From the NCBI GenBank assembly GCA_965248925.1, contig CBDFLE010000006.1, positions 416,001-480,000 on the forward strand: a stretch of 64,000 nucleotides of DNA. The letters are read 5' to 3'. This DNA is from Candidatus Multivoradales bacterium. GTDB lineage: Bacteria; Acidobacteriota; Thermoanaerobaculia; Multivoradales; J023. This document shows positions 10,517 through 19,834 of this stretch, piece by piece (position 1 is the stretch's first letter; every line of letters starts with the position of its first letter). The notes under the pieces were generated by a model, which searched no databases, was not told the origin of the DNA, and worked only from the letters and a program-made list of their open reading frames with translations. The translations under genes were made by a program, and so were the position numbers.

Positions 10517-10874
10517 TTGAATGCCCCACCAGAACTCGGTTCAAGAAAGCGCAGGCAACCCGATCGGAGACTCGACGCCACCAATCCCAAACAAGATACT
10601 CGGCTCTGGGTAGCAATTCTCTGACGTTCATCTAGGAAGGAGTCAGCGAGCCGGCGCTTTGCCTACCGCCTCTCCCAGAACCGGCGATCTTGGTGGAACT
10701 CGAGCCGGCAAGGCCGTCTGCCGATGGCGCCCCGGTCTTCGCTACTGAGAATCTTGACCCGCCCTATATTTTCCGCCTCCTTGGCACACCCTCTACTTAG
10801 GGCATATCGCATGCAAAAGCGCCGAAGCCCGTGTCCGGGACCGGCAATGTCGAAAATTGTTGAAGGAGATCTCG

Positions 10875-12347
10875 ATGAAGATGTTCGCCGTCGTCTTGTT
10901 GTCCGCCTTGCTCACCGTCCCCGCCTTTGCCGCTGGCGCCCCGCCGTCCGCGGAAATGCTGCCCTACTCCTCGCCCTCCAAGATAGACACCTCCACCGCT
11001 ATCACCGCCACCGCCGAGCTGCACAGCTGGCTGTCGTCGTTCGAAGGCAAGGCCGATAGCGCTTTCGAAGTGCAGGTGGCGAGTGACCAGCTCACCGCCC
11101 TGGCGGCTGCCCAGTCAGACGGCGGGCCGCTGTGGGTCGGTGTTCAGGGTGATGTCGGGTTCGACTTCAGCAGCCGCGGCGGCAACCAAGCACTGGGCTC
11201 GAGCAAATTCTCCGCTGGCGACCAGGTGTGGAGCGGTGCCTTCCGCTCGCCGGGTGCCACCGGCGTGCGCCTGTACCTGACCGCTCTGGACCTGCCGAAA
11301 GGCGCCGAGCTCTACGTCTACGGCCGTCACGGCCATGCTTTCGGCCCCTACACCGACAAGCAGGGGAGCTTCTGGACCCACACCGTGGCTGGCGATGAGA
11401 TTGTCCTGCAGCTGCACCTGCCGCTCGACGCGCCGGCCGCCAAGCACGCCTTCCGAGTCGAGTCGTTGACCCACATGGGCAACAACTACGAGTTCGGCTA
11501 CAGCCCGCAGAAAGCCTTCTGCTCGTGGAACGACAGCTGCATTCTCAACGCCGAATGCGAGAACATCCCGAACGGTGTTGCACCGGTACAAGACGGCGTC
11601 GCCTACTTGATCTTCTCCGCTCCAGGCGGCACTTTCATCTGCACCGGCGGCCTGCTCAACGACACCGCCAACTCCGGCACCCCTTTCCTGTTGACCGCCA
11701 ATCACTGCATCAGCAGCCAGTCGTCCGCCAGCAGCTTGGAGGCTTACTTCCAGTGGACAGTAGGCTGTGGTGCCAGCTGTGGCTCGCAGTTCAACCCACC
11801 GGGCTCGGTGCCGCGAACCCTCGGCGCCAACCTTCTGGCGGGTAGTTCGAACACCGACTTCACCCTCATGCAACTCGACCAAGCGGCGCCGGCCGGTAGC
11901 ACCTTCCTCGGTTGGACTACTGCTGCCGTGGCCAACTCCGCGGGGACTAACCTCTACCGCGTGAGCCATCCCTCGGGATCGCCACAGGCCTACAGCGAGC
12001 AGGACGTCAACACCACCGCCGGCACCTGCTCGACCTTGCCACGGGGTAACTTCATCTACAGCGACGCCACTCTCGGCGACACCGAGGGCGGCAGCTCAGG
12101 CTCGCCGGTGGTCAACGGCAGCGGCCAGGTCGTCGGTCAGCTGTTCGGCGCCTGCGGCGCCTCGCCCTCGACCACTTGCGACGGCGACGACCGCACGGTG
12201 GACGGCGCCTTCGCGGTGACCTTCTCCTCGATCTCGAGCTACCTCGATCCAGGTTCGTGCGCTTTGAACGGCGCCAGCTGCTCTGCCAACAGCGACTGCT
12301 GCTCGAACAAATGCCGCGGCCGCCGCGGCCGCAAGACCTGCCGCTGA
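10875..12347 (+). CDS. Secreted trypsin-like (lysyl endopeptidase-like, S1) serine protease with Cys-rich tail
   Basis: AGGAG RBS, signal peptide, TANHC / DFTL / TEGGSSGSP catalytic triad motifs. Confidence 0.92.
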   Translation: MKMFAVVLLSALLTVPAFAAGAPPSAEMLPYSSPSKIDTSTAITATAELHSWLSSFEGKADSAFEVQVASDQLTALAAAQSDGGPLWVGVQGDVGFDFSSRGGNQALGSSKFSAGDQVWSGAFRSPGATGVRLYLTALDLPKGAELYVYGRHGHAFGPYTDKQGSFWTHTVAGDEIVLQLHLPLDAPAAKHAFRVESLTHMGNNYEFGYSPQKAFCSWNDSCILNAECENIPNGVAPVQDGVAYLIFSAPGGTFICTGGLLNDTANSGTPFLLTANHCISSQSSASSLEAYFQWTVGCGASCGSQFNPPGSVPRTLGANLLAGSSNTDFTLMQLDQAAPAGSTFLGWTTAAVANSAGTNLYRVSHPSGSPQAYSEQDVNTTAGTCSTLPRGNFIYSDATLGDTEGGSSGSPVVNGSGQVVGQLFGACGASPSTTCDGDDRTVDGAFAVTFSSISSYLDPGSCALNGASCSANSDCCSNKCRGRRGRKTCR

Positions 12348-12367
12348 TCAGCCTAGAAACCGCAACT

Positions 12368-12402
12368 AAAAAAGCCCGTGTCGCAGCGACACGGGCTTTT
12401 TT
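12368..12402. terminator. Bidirectional intrinsic terminator
   Basis: aaaaaagcccgtgtcgc-a-gcgacacgggctttttt perfect hairpin between convergent genes. Confidence 0.9.
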
Positions 12403-12442
12403 GCGCCCCTTCAAACCGGCACTGTTCTCTCAGCTGCACCGT

Positions 12443-13627
12443 CTATGGCTCTATTGCCTGTTTTTGGGTCACCGCGTCGATATGCTGCTGGTAAGCGTCG
12501 AGATTGGGATCGTCGTACTCTTTGCCCACCTCGAAAGCCTGCTGATAGAGCTGACGCGCTTTCTCCAGCTGGCCCGCCGCCTCGATCGCCTCGCCCAGGC
12601 TGTCGTAAACGTTGGCGGAATTGGGAAAACGCTCGACATTGGCCTGGAAAGTAGCTATCGCCAGGTCGACCTCCTCGTTGCCCAGCGCCCGGTAGCCGAG
12701 GCCATTGATGGTCACTTCAGGGGTGTGGATCTGGTAGCCGTACTCGGTCGACAACTCTGCATAGTGCTGGTCGACCGCCGCTAGCCCCGCCTCTCTGGCA
12801 AACGGTGGCACAGTCCAGCGGGGAAAGAAGAAACGCAATCCGGCATAGACACTGGGTGCTGGAATCGACCCATGGTCCTCACCATCGAGAACCTCAGCAT
12901 GCCAGCGCAAGCCGCCCGGCGCGCGATAGCGGAGGGTCGTTTCCATGTTCTGAAACTGGGTCAGCATGTCACCACCCTCACCAGCCAGGGTCAGGTACAG
13001 CAACCCAGAAAGTTCGGGTCGCTGAACAAATAACTCCCGCGCCTGCTCCACCGACCGCCCTGCGTCCCACCACAAGCTGGGGCTGATCGCCAGGCTGGCA
13101 TCGAACAAATCCGGATCGGTGACGAGAGCATGCACCGCGAACAGACCGCCGAAGGAATGCCCTACCAGCAGCCGGAAGGGGGCGGTGCGGTAGCTCTTCT
13201 CGATATGGGGAATCAGCTCGTCGCGCAAGAAACTGAGAAACCTATCGGCACCACCGCCGGCCTCGATCAGCTGCGCCCGATCCTCTGGCGGATCGGCCTG
13301 GGTCCAGGCTGGGGTCAGATCCCGAGTGCGATCGGTGTTGATCACCCCGACGACGATCATCTCCGGCACATGCCCGGTCCTGGCCAACGCCGCCAGAGTG
13401 CCGGTGGTGTGATGGAAGCGGTTCCGCGGATCGAGCAGGTAGAGCACCGGGTAGTTTGCTTCAGATCCTTCGTAGTCGGCCGGCAGGCTGATCATCAGCC
13501 GACGCTGCTCGCCGAGGATGGCGGAATGCAGAGTTTCTACTTCGCCAATGGTTATTGGCTCTGCCAGCAGAGCTCCGGTAGCAACCGAGAACATCAATCC
13601 GAGAACGAGAGCGGTTCGACACTGCAT
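12443..13627 (-). CDS. Exported alpha/beta-hydrolase (IroE/Fes-like esterase) with C-terminal TPR
   Basis: YPVLYLLD, RTRDLTP, GHSFGG nucleophile elbow, SPSLWW; TPR with P.SANVYDSLGE. Confidence 0.9.
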   Translation of the reverse strand: MQCRTALVLGLMFSVATGALLAEPITIGEVETLHSAILGEQRRLMISLPADYEGSEANYPVLYLLDPRNRFHHTTGTLAALARTGHVPEMIVVGVINTDRTRDLTPAWTQADPPEDRAQLIEAGGGADRFLSFLRDELIPHIEKSYRTAPFRLLVGHSFGGLFAVHALVTDPDLFDASLAISPSLWWDAGRSVEQARELFVQRPELSGLLYLTLAGEGGDMLTQFQNMETTLRYRAPGGLRWHAEVLDGEDHGSIPAPSVYAGLRFFFPRWTVPPFAREAGLAAVDQHYAELSTEYGYQIHTPEVTINGLGYRALGNEEVDLAIATFQANVERFPNSANVYDSLGEAIEAAGQLEKARQLYQQAFEVGKEYDDPNLDAYQQHIDAVTQKQAIEP

Positions 13628-13786
13628 CAAGCACTACCTCCTGGTTCAAGAACGGTGGCTGAGACGACAACTCAAGTACGAGGTGTGCAGGCGAAGGTTC
13701 TCACGGCCACACAGCGACCGCGAAACAGCGCCCAATACCCGCGCTGGGAAGGATGGCGAGTCAGTGTGATAGCCTTTCAACTCGGC

Positions 13787-13853
13787 TTTTCTACTGACTG
13801 TTTTTACTGACTATTTTCTACTGACTGTTTTTACTGACTAACTGACTATTGAC
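13787..13853. repeat. AT-rich short tandem repeat (27-bp unit x2; ACTGACT core x5)
   Basis: ttttctactgactgtttttactgacta at 13787 and 13814, then actgacta. Confidence 0.85.
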
Positions 13854-13899
13854 GCTTTGATGCGCCGGGTTCCTTGCGACCGGGTGGAAGGGGTAGTAA

Positions 13900-15195
13900 A
13901 TGGAATGCTCCCGCGACGCCTGCAAGACTATTCTCGAACGTTGTGATCAGCTCGCTCTGATCAGCGAAGAGCGCGGCCGAATCACCCGCTCCTATCTTTC
14001 ATCCTCCATGGAGCAGGCGACCGCTTTGGTGGCGAAAATGATGGTCGCCGCCGGACTCGAGACTGAACGTGACCACGCTGGTAACTTAATCGGCACGCTA
14101 TCTTCCGACCGCTTGGACGCCCCGGTTCTAGTGCTCGGCTCCCATCTCGACACGGTGCGCAACGCTGGACGATATGATGGCGTTCTCGGGGTTCTTCTCG
14201 CCCTGGCGGCCAGCGAATCCTTTGCTCAATCGAACCTACCTTTCGACCTTGAGGTGGTTGCTTTTGCCGACGAAGAGGGCCTGCGATTCGGCCAGCCCTT
14301 TCTCGGTAGCAAGGCGCTGATCGGCGAACTCGGTGGGGACTTGTTGGCGTGCTGTGACGGTGAGGGGCAGCCGCTGGCGGAGGTCATCCGCCAATGGGGC
14401 GGCGAGCCCGACTCGATCTGTTACCGCTACCGCGGACGGCGCACTCTGGGCTACTTAGAGGCTCACATTGAACAGGGCCCCGAACTCGAAAGCCGTCAGC
14501 TACCGCTGGGAGTGCTGGCCTGTATTTCGGGCTCCAGGTGGTTGCGGCTATGTTTTGTTGGCCGCGCTGGGCACGCGGGCACGACTCCGATGAAGCTGCG
14601 CCGAGACCCCCTGAGCGGTGCAGCCGAGTGGGTCCTCGAGGTTGAGCGGCTGGCCCGCGAACAGTCCAGCATGGTCGCCACCGTCGGCAAGCTTGAGGTG
14701 AGCCCCGGCGCCGGCAATGTTATTCCAGGACAAGTCGAGGTCAGCTTGGACATCCGCCACGGCGACAACGCGGTGCTCGACCGCGCCGTCTCAGAGCTAC
14801 TCCACAGAGCCCGCCAGATCTGCGCTCATCGCCAGCTCGAGGTGAGCCACGAGATGCTCAGCAATCAACCTGGAGCCGGCGCCGACGAGCGGCTTTCCGG
14901 GCTGCTCGCCGATGCCGTGCGGGCGACCGGCACCACCCCGGCGCGGATGGTCATCGGCGCCGGTCACGATGCCATGATCATGGCCGCCAAAATGCCGATG
15001 ACCATGTTGATGATGCGCAGTCCTGGAGGCATCAGCCACCACCCCGACGAAGCCGTCGTGCCGGGCGACGTCGAACTTGCCCTGGCCAGCCTACGCAGCT
15101 TCATCGAGCACTTGGCTCAGGCCGAGAGCGACAGCGAGCCGCGATTCGAGCCACCCGCTGCAGGATCCATCCACAGCCTCGGCCTCGACCCCTGA
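13900..15195 (+). CDS. Allantoate amidohydrolase / N-carbamoyl-amino acid hydrolase (M20 family)
   Basis: GSHLDTV.NAGRYDG, DEEG.RF, EAHIEQGP, GHAGTTPM, GAGHDA, SHHPDE motifs. Confidence 0.92.
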   Translation: MECSRDACKTILERCDQLALISEERGRITRSYLSSSMEQATALVAKMMVAAGLETERDHAGNLIGTLSSDRLDAPVLVLGSHLDTVRNAGRYDGVLGVLLALAASESFAQSNLPFDLEVVAFADEEGLRFGQPFLGSKALIGELGGDLLACCDGEGQPLAEVIRQWGGEPDSICYRYRGRRTLGYLEAHIEQGPELESRQLPLGVLACISGSRWLRLCFVGRAGHAGTTPMKLRRDPLSGAAEWVLEVERLAREQSSMVATVGKLEVSPGAGNVIPGQVEVSLDIRHGDNAVLDRAVSELLHRARQICAHRQLEVSHEMLSNQPGAGADERLSGLLADAVRATGTTPARMVIGAGHDAMIMAAKMPMTMLMMRSPGGISHHPDEAVVPGDVELALASLRSFIEHLAQAESDSEPRFEPPAAGSIHSLGLDP

Positions 15196-15249
15196 TTCTC
15201 TGTAGCCGCCAAACCACTGACTTGATAACCCTGCTGCCCACGGATCCTC

Positions 15250-16977
15250 TTGATGCTGACCTATGAGAGAGTTTCATTCGCTCAGGCCGATGCCACGACC
15301 GGCCTCGACTACGGTTGGAATCTCGTGCTGCAGGACGGCCGTCGGGTCCCTTGGCGCGGCTTCTACACCGGCCCGCTGACTCTAGAGAGTCAACGCATCA
15401 CCGAGATCTGCGGTGATCTTCTCGGCCTGGAGGTTGGTCAGTTGCAGGCGGAGGTCGAGCGCGCCCTGGTGCCCGCGGTCGGCGAGAAAGCCGAGCAGCC
15501 GGCGTTCTTCCTCCACTCCACGACTCCTGAGCTCAAGACTTTCGACGCCGATCTGTCCGCCGTTTTGCGAGGCAAGACCCCGGGCGATTTCACCACCTAC
15601 AAGGAAACTCGCTCGGTCTACCTGGCGCGGCCGGGCGATATTGTCATCGGCCGGACGCGAACCTGGAAAGCAGCTGTTGAGGCCATCGGTGCCGACGCCA
15701 TCGAGCTACCAGACGTCGACCACTACTACCTCTCACACGCTCTGCTGAGCCTGGCGGCAGCGCACCAGCTCAAACCTCTGGCGGCGATCGATCGCTTGGT
15801 GGCCGAACTGCGCCGAGGCCCACGGGTCATCCGGCTCTACGCCTTCGAGCGGGAGATGCAGATTTTCTTATTGTGGTTGGCGCGGCAAGCCGGCCTCGAC
15901 ACCTTGGCGGTCGAGGCCAATCAACCGGCGATCGCCTCCACCTGGAACCGCAAATCGGTCCTCCATCCGACCGTCAACCAGGCCCTGGCTGCCGAGCACC
16001 AGCTAGCGGCGGCAGCTCCTCTTGCCGCCAGCGAGCTGCTGCGCATCGAAAGCCGGCTCTGCCACTTGGCCAGCGAGCTGGGCAGCGATATCCCCGCTCT
16101 ACCAGGCTACACCCTTGAGCGCGCGGGCCACAGCGCGGCAGGTTTCACTAGCCAACTGGTGGCTGCCGCAGAGCTGCTGCGCAGCCGCTATGGCCTCGAG
16201 CAAGGTTGCCTCAAGGCTTCGGAGTCAGGCGACGGGGCGCGCATCACGCCAGGCATCAAACTGGCCGATCTGGCGATCCTCGAAACCTTGGGTCGCGAGG
16301 CCAGCAGCCATGGTGACGACTATGTGCTGGAAGCCCATGTGCATTATCGACGGCCGACCCTCGCCGGCCAGGAGCTAATAACCGCTGTGTCGGCTCACAT
16401 CCGCGGTGGCCGCTTGGCCGCGGGTGCAACCATCCAATTCGTCGAAGGCACCTCATGGAAGGGCAATGTTTACCTGGATGAAAACACCCATGAACTGTTC
16501 CAGGTATCGCGCAGTCAATACCGTGAGATTCGCACCTTCATGGCAGACTTCGCACGCCATTTCGAGCGCCGAGGAGGGGGATTGGTGCTCGGCGGCATCG
16601 ACTTCGCAATCGGCACGGTGGGTGGCAACTTCGGCGACACTCCCTTGCTCGGGGTGCAGGATTTGAACATCTCTTTCACCGGCGCCGAATGCCTGCGAGC
16701 CTTCCTCGCCAAGGCCCGCGGCAGCGAGCGGCTGGCCGGTAGCCACCGCTATGGCGTCATCCGGATCTTCAAACCACGCCTCGATGGTGGCGACCACGGC
16801 GCTTTTCTCCAGCAGACGAAAGCACTGGCAGAGAGCGGCGTCTTCGCCGACACCATCGCCTCGATTCCCGGCCGCTGGGCGATGGTCGGAGTCGCCGGCG
16901 CAGATCTCCAGGTGGCGCTGGCAACGCTCAGTGAGCTGCAGCAGACGCTGGAGAAGGAAGGGCTGATCGAAACCTGA
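15250..16977 (+). CDS. Hypothetical protein, probable divergent ATP-grasp fold
   Basis: 575 aa; CLKASESGDGARI loop, VLEAHV, GIDF...VQDLN.SFTG resemble ATP-grasp motifs. Confidence 0.55.
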   Translation: MMLTYERVSFAQADATTGLDYGWNLVLQDGRRVPWRGFYTGPLTLESQRITEICGDLLGLEVGQLQAEVERALVPAVGEKAEQPAFFLHSTTPELKTFDADLSAVLRGKTPGDFTTYKETRSVYLARPGDIVIGRTRTWKAAVEAIGADAIELPDVDHYYLSHALLSLAAAHQLKPLAAIDRLVAELRRGPRVIRLYAFEREMQIFLLWLARQAGLDTLAVEANQPAIASTWNRKSVLHPTVNQALAAEHQLAAAAPLAASELLRIESRLCHLASELGSDIPALPGYTLERAGHSAAGFTSQLVAAAELLRSRYGLEQGCLKASESGDGARITPGIKLADLAILETLGREASSHGDDYVLEAHVHYRRPTLAGQELITAVSAHIRGGRLAAGATIQFVEGTSWKGNVYLDENTHELFQVSRSQYREIRTFMADFARHFERRGGGLVLGGIDFAIGTVGGNFGDTPLLGVQDLNISFTGAECLRAFLAKARGSERLAGSHRYGVIRIFKPRLDGGDHGAFLQQTKALAESGVFADTIASIPGRWAMVGVAGADLQVALATLSELQQTLEKEGLIET

Positions 16978-17101
16978 GAGGCAGCCCGAGGGAGCTGATC
17001 CGCGGTACCCGCTGGCGGCAGATCACCGCTCGCCGCGGAACCTGATACTTCTGCCGTCAAGCGGTAGCCAGCGGCTGAATTTCGGTTAGGCTGCCAGTCG
17101 C

Positions 17102-18382
17102 ATGCCGACTTACGAGATCTCCCCATCCCTGCAGCGATCCAATGAGACCGGCACGGCGCGTTCGGCGGAGCCTCGAACCCGCCCTCGGTACTGGCGGCGA
17201 ACCGCCGCCCTGATGCTGCTAGTCCTCGCTATCGCCTTGGCTGTTTTGGAGGCTTGGCGCTGGCTGCGGCCAAGCTCGGACCCCGACAAGAGAACCTCAG
17301 CAGAGCAGCTAGCGGTTGAGATAGCCAACAACATGATCACGTTGGAAGGCGAACTCAGCGCTTTCCTGCTCGCCGATGGCCCCGAGCCAGGAGCGGTAAC
17401 AGCACGAGCAACCGCGGTCCGCGAGCGGTTCGCCTGGGCCCATCCACTATTCCTGATCGACCGCGACGGCAAGGTACTGGGCCTCCCCGCCTCCTCACCC
17501 ACCGGCCGAGTCAACGATCGGCGACAGAAATCGCGGCGACGCCGATTCAAGAACATGATTCAGCGAGCGAGATCACAGGACGCCATCACCAGCGGCACTG
17601 GCCAAGCCCGTCCAGCCTCGGCCGGCGAGCCCACGGCACGGTTTACCGCAGCCGAATCGCCCTACGGGCTGCGCGTCCTGATCAATCTACAGCGGGATCA
17701 GCTATGGGTCACCTATCGCTTGCGAGCCGCCGTGTTGAGCCACTGGCTCACCGCGATCTCGACCTCGCCGAGCGGCGCAAGCAACTCCTCTTGGCGGCTG
17801 CTCGATCCCAGTGGCAAAATCGTCTACGCCAGCCTGCCCAACGCGGCACACCTGGTGGCTCGCTCAACCGCTCCCCTTGCGACCGCCCCACGGTGGGCGG
17901 TGGAGGTGCTCTCACCAGCGGGCGGGGCGAGCCGCTCCTGGCTCCGCTTGGGCCTCGCTTCGGCTCTGCTCACCGTCGCCTCGATGCTCTTCTCCGGCCG
18001 GCGCTGGTGGGCAGCCCGCCGCGCGGAGAGCAGCACACCGAAGATCGACCAACTTCCCCCGGCCAACACCGAACCGGCACCCGGACGGATATCGATCGGC
18101 TCCACGGTGATTGATCTCGACCGCTACGAGGCCCGCCGCGGCGAGGTTCGGCATCTCTTGACGGATCGCGAGGTGGCCCTTCTGAAGATGTTCGTCGCCG
18201 CCCCCGAGCAGGTGATCCGCCGAGAGCGAATTCTGGACGAGATCTGGGGCTATTCGGCCGCGGTCACCAGCCGCACCGTCGACACCTTCGTCTACCGGCT
18301 GCGACAGAAGATCGAGGCCGATCCGCGGCAACCCCGCCATTTCCTGACCGTGCGTGGCGCCGGCTATCGTTTTGTTCCCTGA
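17102..18382 (+). CDS. Membrane-anchored regulator: TM, extracytoplasmic domain, TM, C-terminal OmpR/PhoB-type wHTH
   Basis: Two hydrophobic helices; LTDREVALL...RERILDEIWG...SRTVDTFVYRLRQKIE.DP..P.HFLTVRGAGYRF; no receiver or kinase motifs; start uncertain. Confidence 0.8.
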   Translation: MPTYEISPSLQRSNETGTARSAEPRTRPRYWRRTAALMLLVLAIALAVLEAWRWLRPSSDPDKRTSAEQLAVEIANNMITLEGELSAFLLADGPEPGAVTARATAVRERFAWAHPLFLIDRDGKVLGLPASSPTGRVNDRRQKSRRRRFKNMIQRARSQDAITSGTGQARPASAGEPTARFTAAESPYGLRVLINLQRDQLWVTYRLRAAVLSHWLTAISTSPSGASNSSWRLLDPSGKIVYASLPNAAHLVARSTAPLATAPRWAVEVLSPAGGASRSWLRLGLASALLTVASMLFSGRRWWAARRAESSTPKIDQLPPANTEPAPGRISIGSTVIDLDRYEARRGEVRHLLTDREVALLKMFVAAPEQVIRRERILDEIWGYSAAVTSRTVDTFVYRLRQKIEADPRQPRHFLTVRGAGYRFVP

Positions 18383-18400
18383 CCGGTTTGCCCATCTCGT

Positions 18401-19498
18401 TCAATGACGCAGCACGCAGCCGTCCACCGCCGTCAATGCGGCTTCGATGGCGATCGCCCCTGCCTCGAAGGCGGGCACGGTGTGGGTCACTCCAGGCACT
18501 ACCGACACACTGGTCAGCCCGGTAGAAGACCCCAGCAGGGCCAGGATGTAGGGCGAGGCCATCGCCAGCGAGGTCCCACAATCGTCCTGCCCCGCCAGAA
18601 TAGCCACGTTGGTGAGGGGATGGTCGATATCGGCCAGCGGCGACAGGACACTGTTGTCGATCAGCGTTGGCACATCGGCGAGCGCGCAAGGCATGTCGGC
18701 CGGCGGAGCATTGAGATCGAAGGCAGAGTCGATATTGCGCTCGATCGAATTGGCGGTGAAGAAGCAATCGTGAACGCCCGCATGCTGTGGACAAAAGCCG
18801 AGCAGGTCCAAGTTGGCATTGCATTCATCTTCCCAGACCACCGACGAGGGGTCGCAGCCTCCGTCGATCGCACCGTGCGGCGGACCGCCGGTCAGCACCG
18901 CCATGTCGAGCTGATCTTCGAGGGAGTAGCTGGCCAAGCCGTAGCTGATCTCAGAAGCGCCTCCCGATTGGCCAGAGGCACAGAATGCCTGGCTCGACGG
19001 GTCGTGCAGCTGTGGATGGCCGTAGATCCAGTCGACCAGAGTGGCATAGCGGCAAGCCGAGTCTTGCAGCGAAACCGAGCCGTTGAACCAGCCTCCTCGG
19101 CTGCCATCGGGCCGATCCCCCCAGGCTCGTTGAATCACTCGAAAGCCTGCCAGGTTCAGACGGTCGATCATCGCCGCCGCCGGCAAGGCGGGAGCGCCGG
19201 CCGATTCATAGAATCCGCGCCCAGCTCCGCCCATGCCCAACACCAACGTACCGCGGATCGGCGTGCCGGCGGGCGGCTTGGTTAAGCGCAACTGCACCGG
19301 GCGATCCTCGATCATCGGGCAACGCACGGTGGCTTCGACACAGGTGTAGGGCTGCGACAGATTCATCGCCGCCAGGCCGCAGAAGCTGGCGCCGACCTGG
19401 ACATTGCCAACCTGACCCAAAACCTGCGCCGCCGACAGCGACGCCAAAGCACTCGAAAGTAGGCAGGCGGCCAACCAGCTGTAGTGAGATCTAGACAT
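18401..19498 (-). CDS. Secreted Cys-rich alpha/beta-hydrolase-like protein
   Basis: Signal peptide; CASGQSGG nucleophile motif; GQDD and late H residue. Confidence 0.7.
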   Translation of the reverse strand: MSRSHYSWLAACLLSSALASLSAAQVLGQVGNVQVGASFCGLAAMNLSQPYTCVEATVRCPMIEDRPVQLRLTKPPAGTPIRGTLVLGMGGAGRGFYESAGAPALPAAAMIDRLNLAGFRVIQRAWGDRPDGSRGGWFNGSVSLQDSACRYATLVDWIYGHPQLHDPSSQAFCASGQSGGASEISYGLASYSLEDQLDMAVLTGGPPHGAIDGGCDPSSVVWEDECNANLDLLGFCPQHAGVHDCFFTANSIERNIDSAFDLNAPPADMPCALADVPTLIDNSVLSPLADIDHPLTNVAILAGQDDCGTSLAMASPYILALLGSSTGLTSVSVVPGVTHTVPAFEAGAIAIEAALTAVDGCVLRH

Positions 19499-19575
19499 CG
19501 CCGTTCTCCTTCTCAGAATCGCCACTCGGGTGTTCGAGAGGCACCCGCATCCTAGAGAGAAAGCCTGGCAACAGA

Positions 19576-19602
19576 GTCAACGGTAAGTCAAAGGTAGGTC
19601 AA
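19576..19602. promoter_or_regulatory. Three GTCAA direct repeats at 11-bp period (OmpR/PhoB-type site)
   Basis: GTCAA at 19576, 19587 and 19598, ~80 bp upstream of the 18401..19498 gene. Confidence 0.6.
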
Positions 19603-19607
19603 AGGCC

Positions 19608-19760
19608 ACCATGCGTTAGATCGCCAGTCGCGCCGAGGTGTCCCTAGGTAACTCCTACTACTATTTCCGCTCCAAAGAGCATTTCATCCTAGGCTTCTTC
19701 GCCCGCTCCCATCGCCAGCATCTCGAAGCCTGCGAGCGAGTCGCGCGACGACCACTCTAA
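19608..19760 (+). pseudogene. TetR-family HTH remnant
   Basis: TMR*IASRAEVSLGNSYYYFRSKEHFILGFF with an in-frame stop and no N- or C-terminus. Confidence 0.7.
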
Positions 19761-19834
19761 TGCTGCCGGCTGAGGATCGCCGCGGCCGGCGCCCGCTGTC
19801 CCCGGATCGAACCCAACGACTCCTCGATGCACAC

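Noticed and set aside
13787-13853. Tandem repeat as CRISPR or iterons
   Set aside because: Units are contiguous with no spacers, and no rep gene is adjacent
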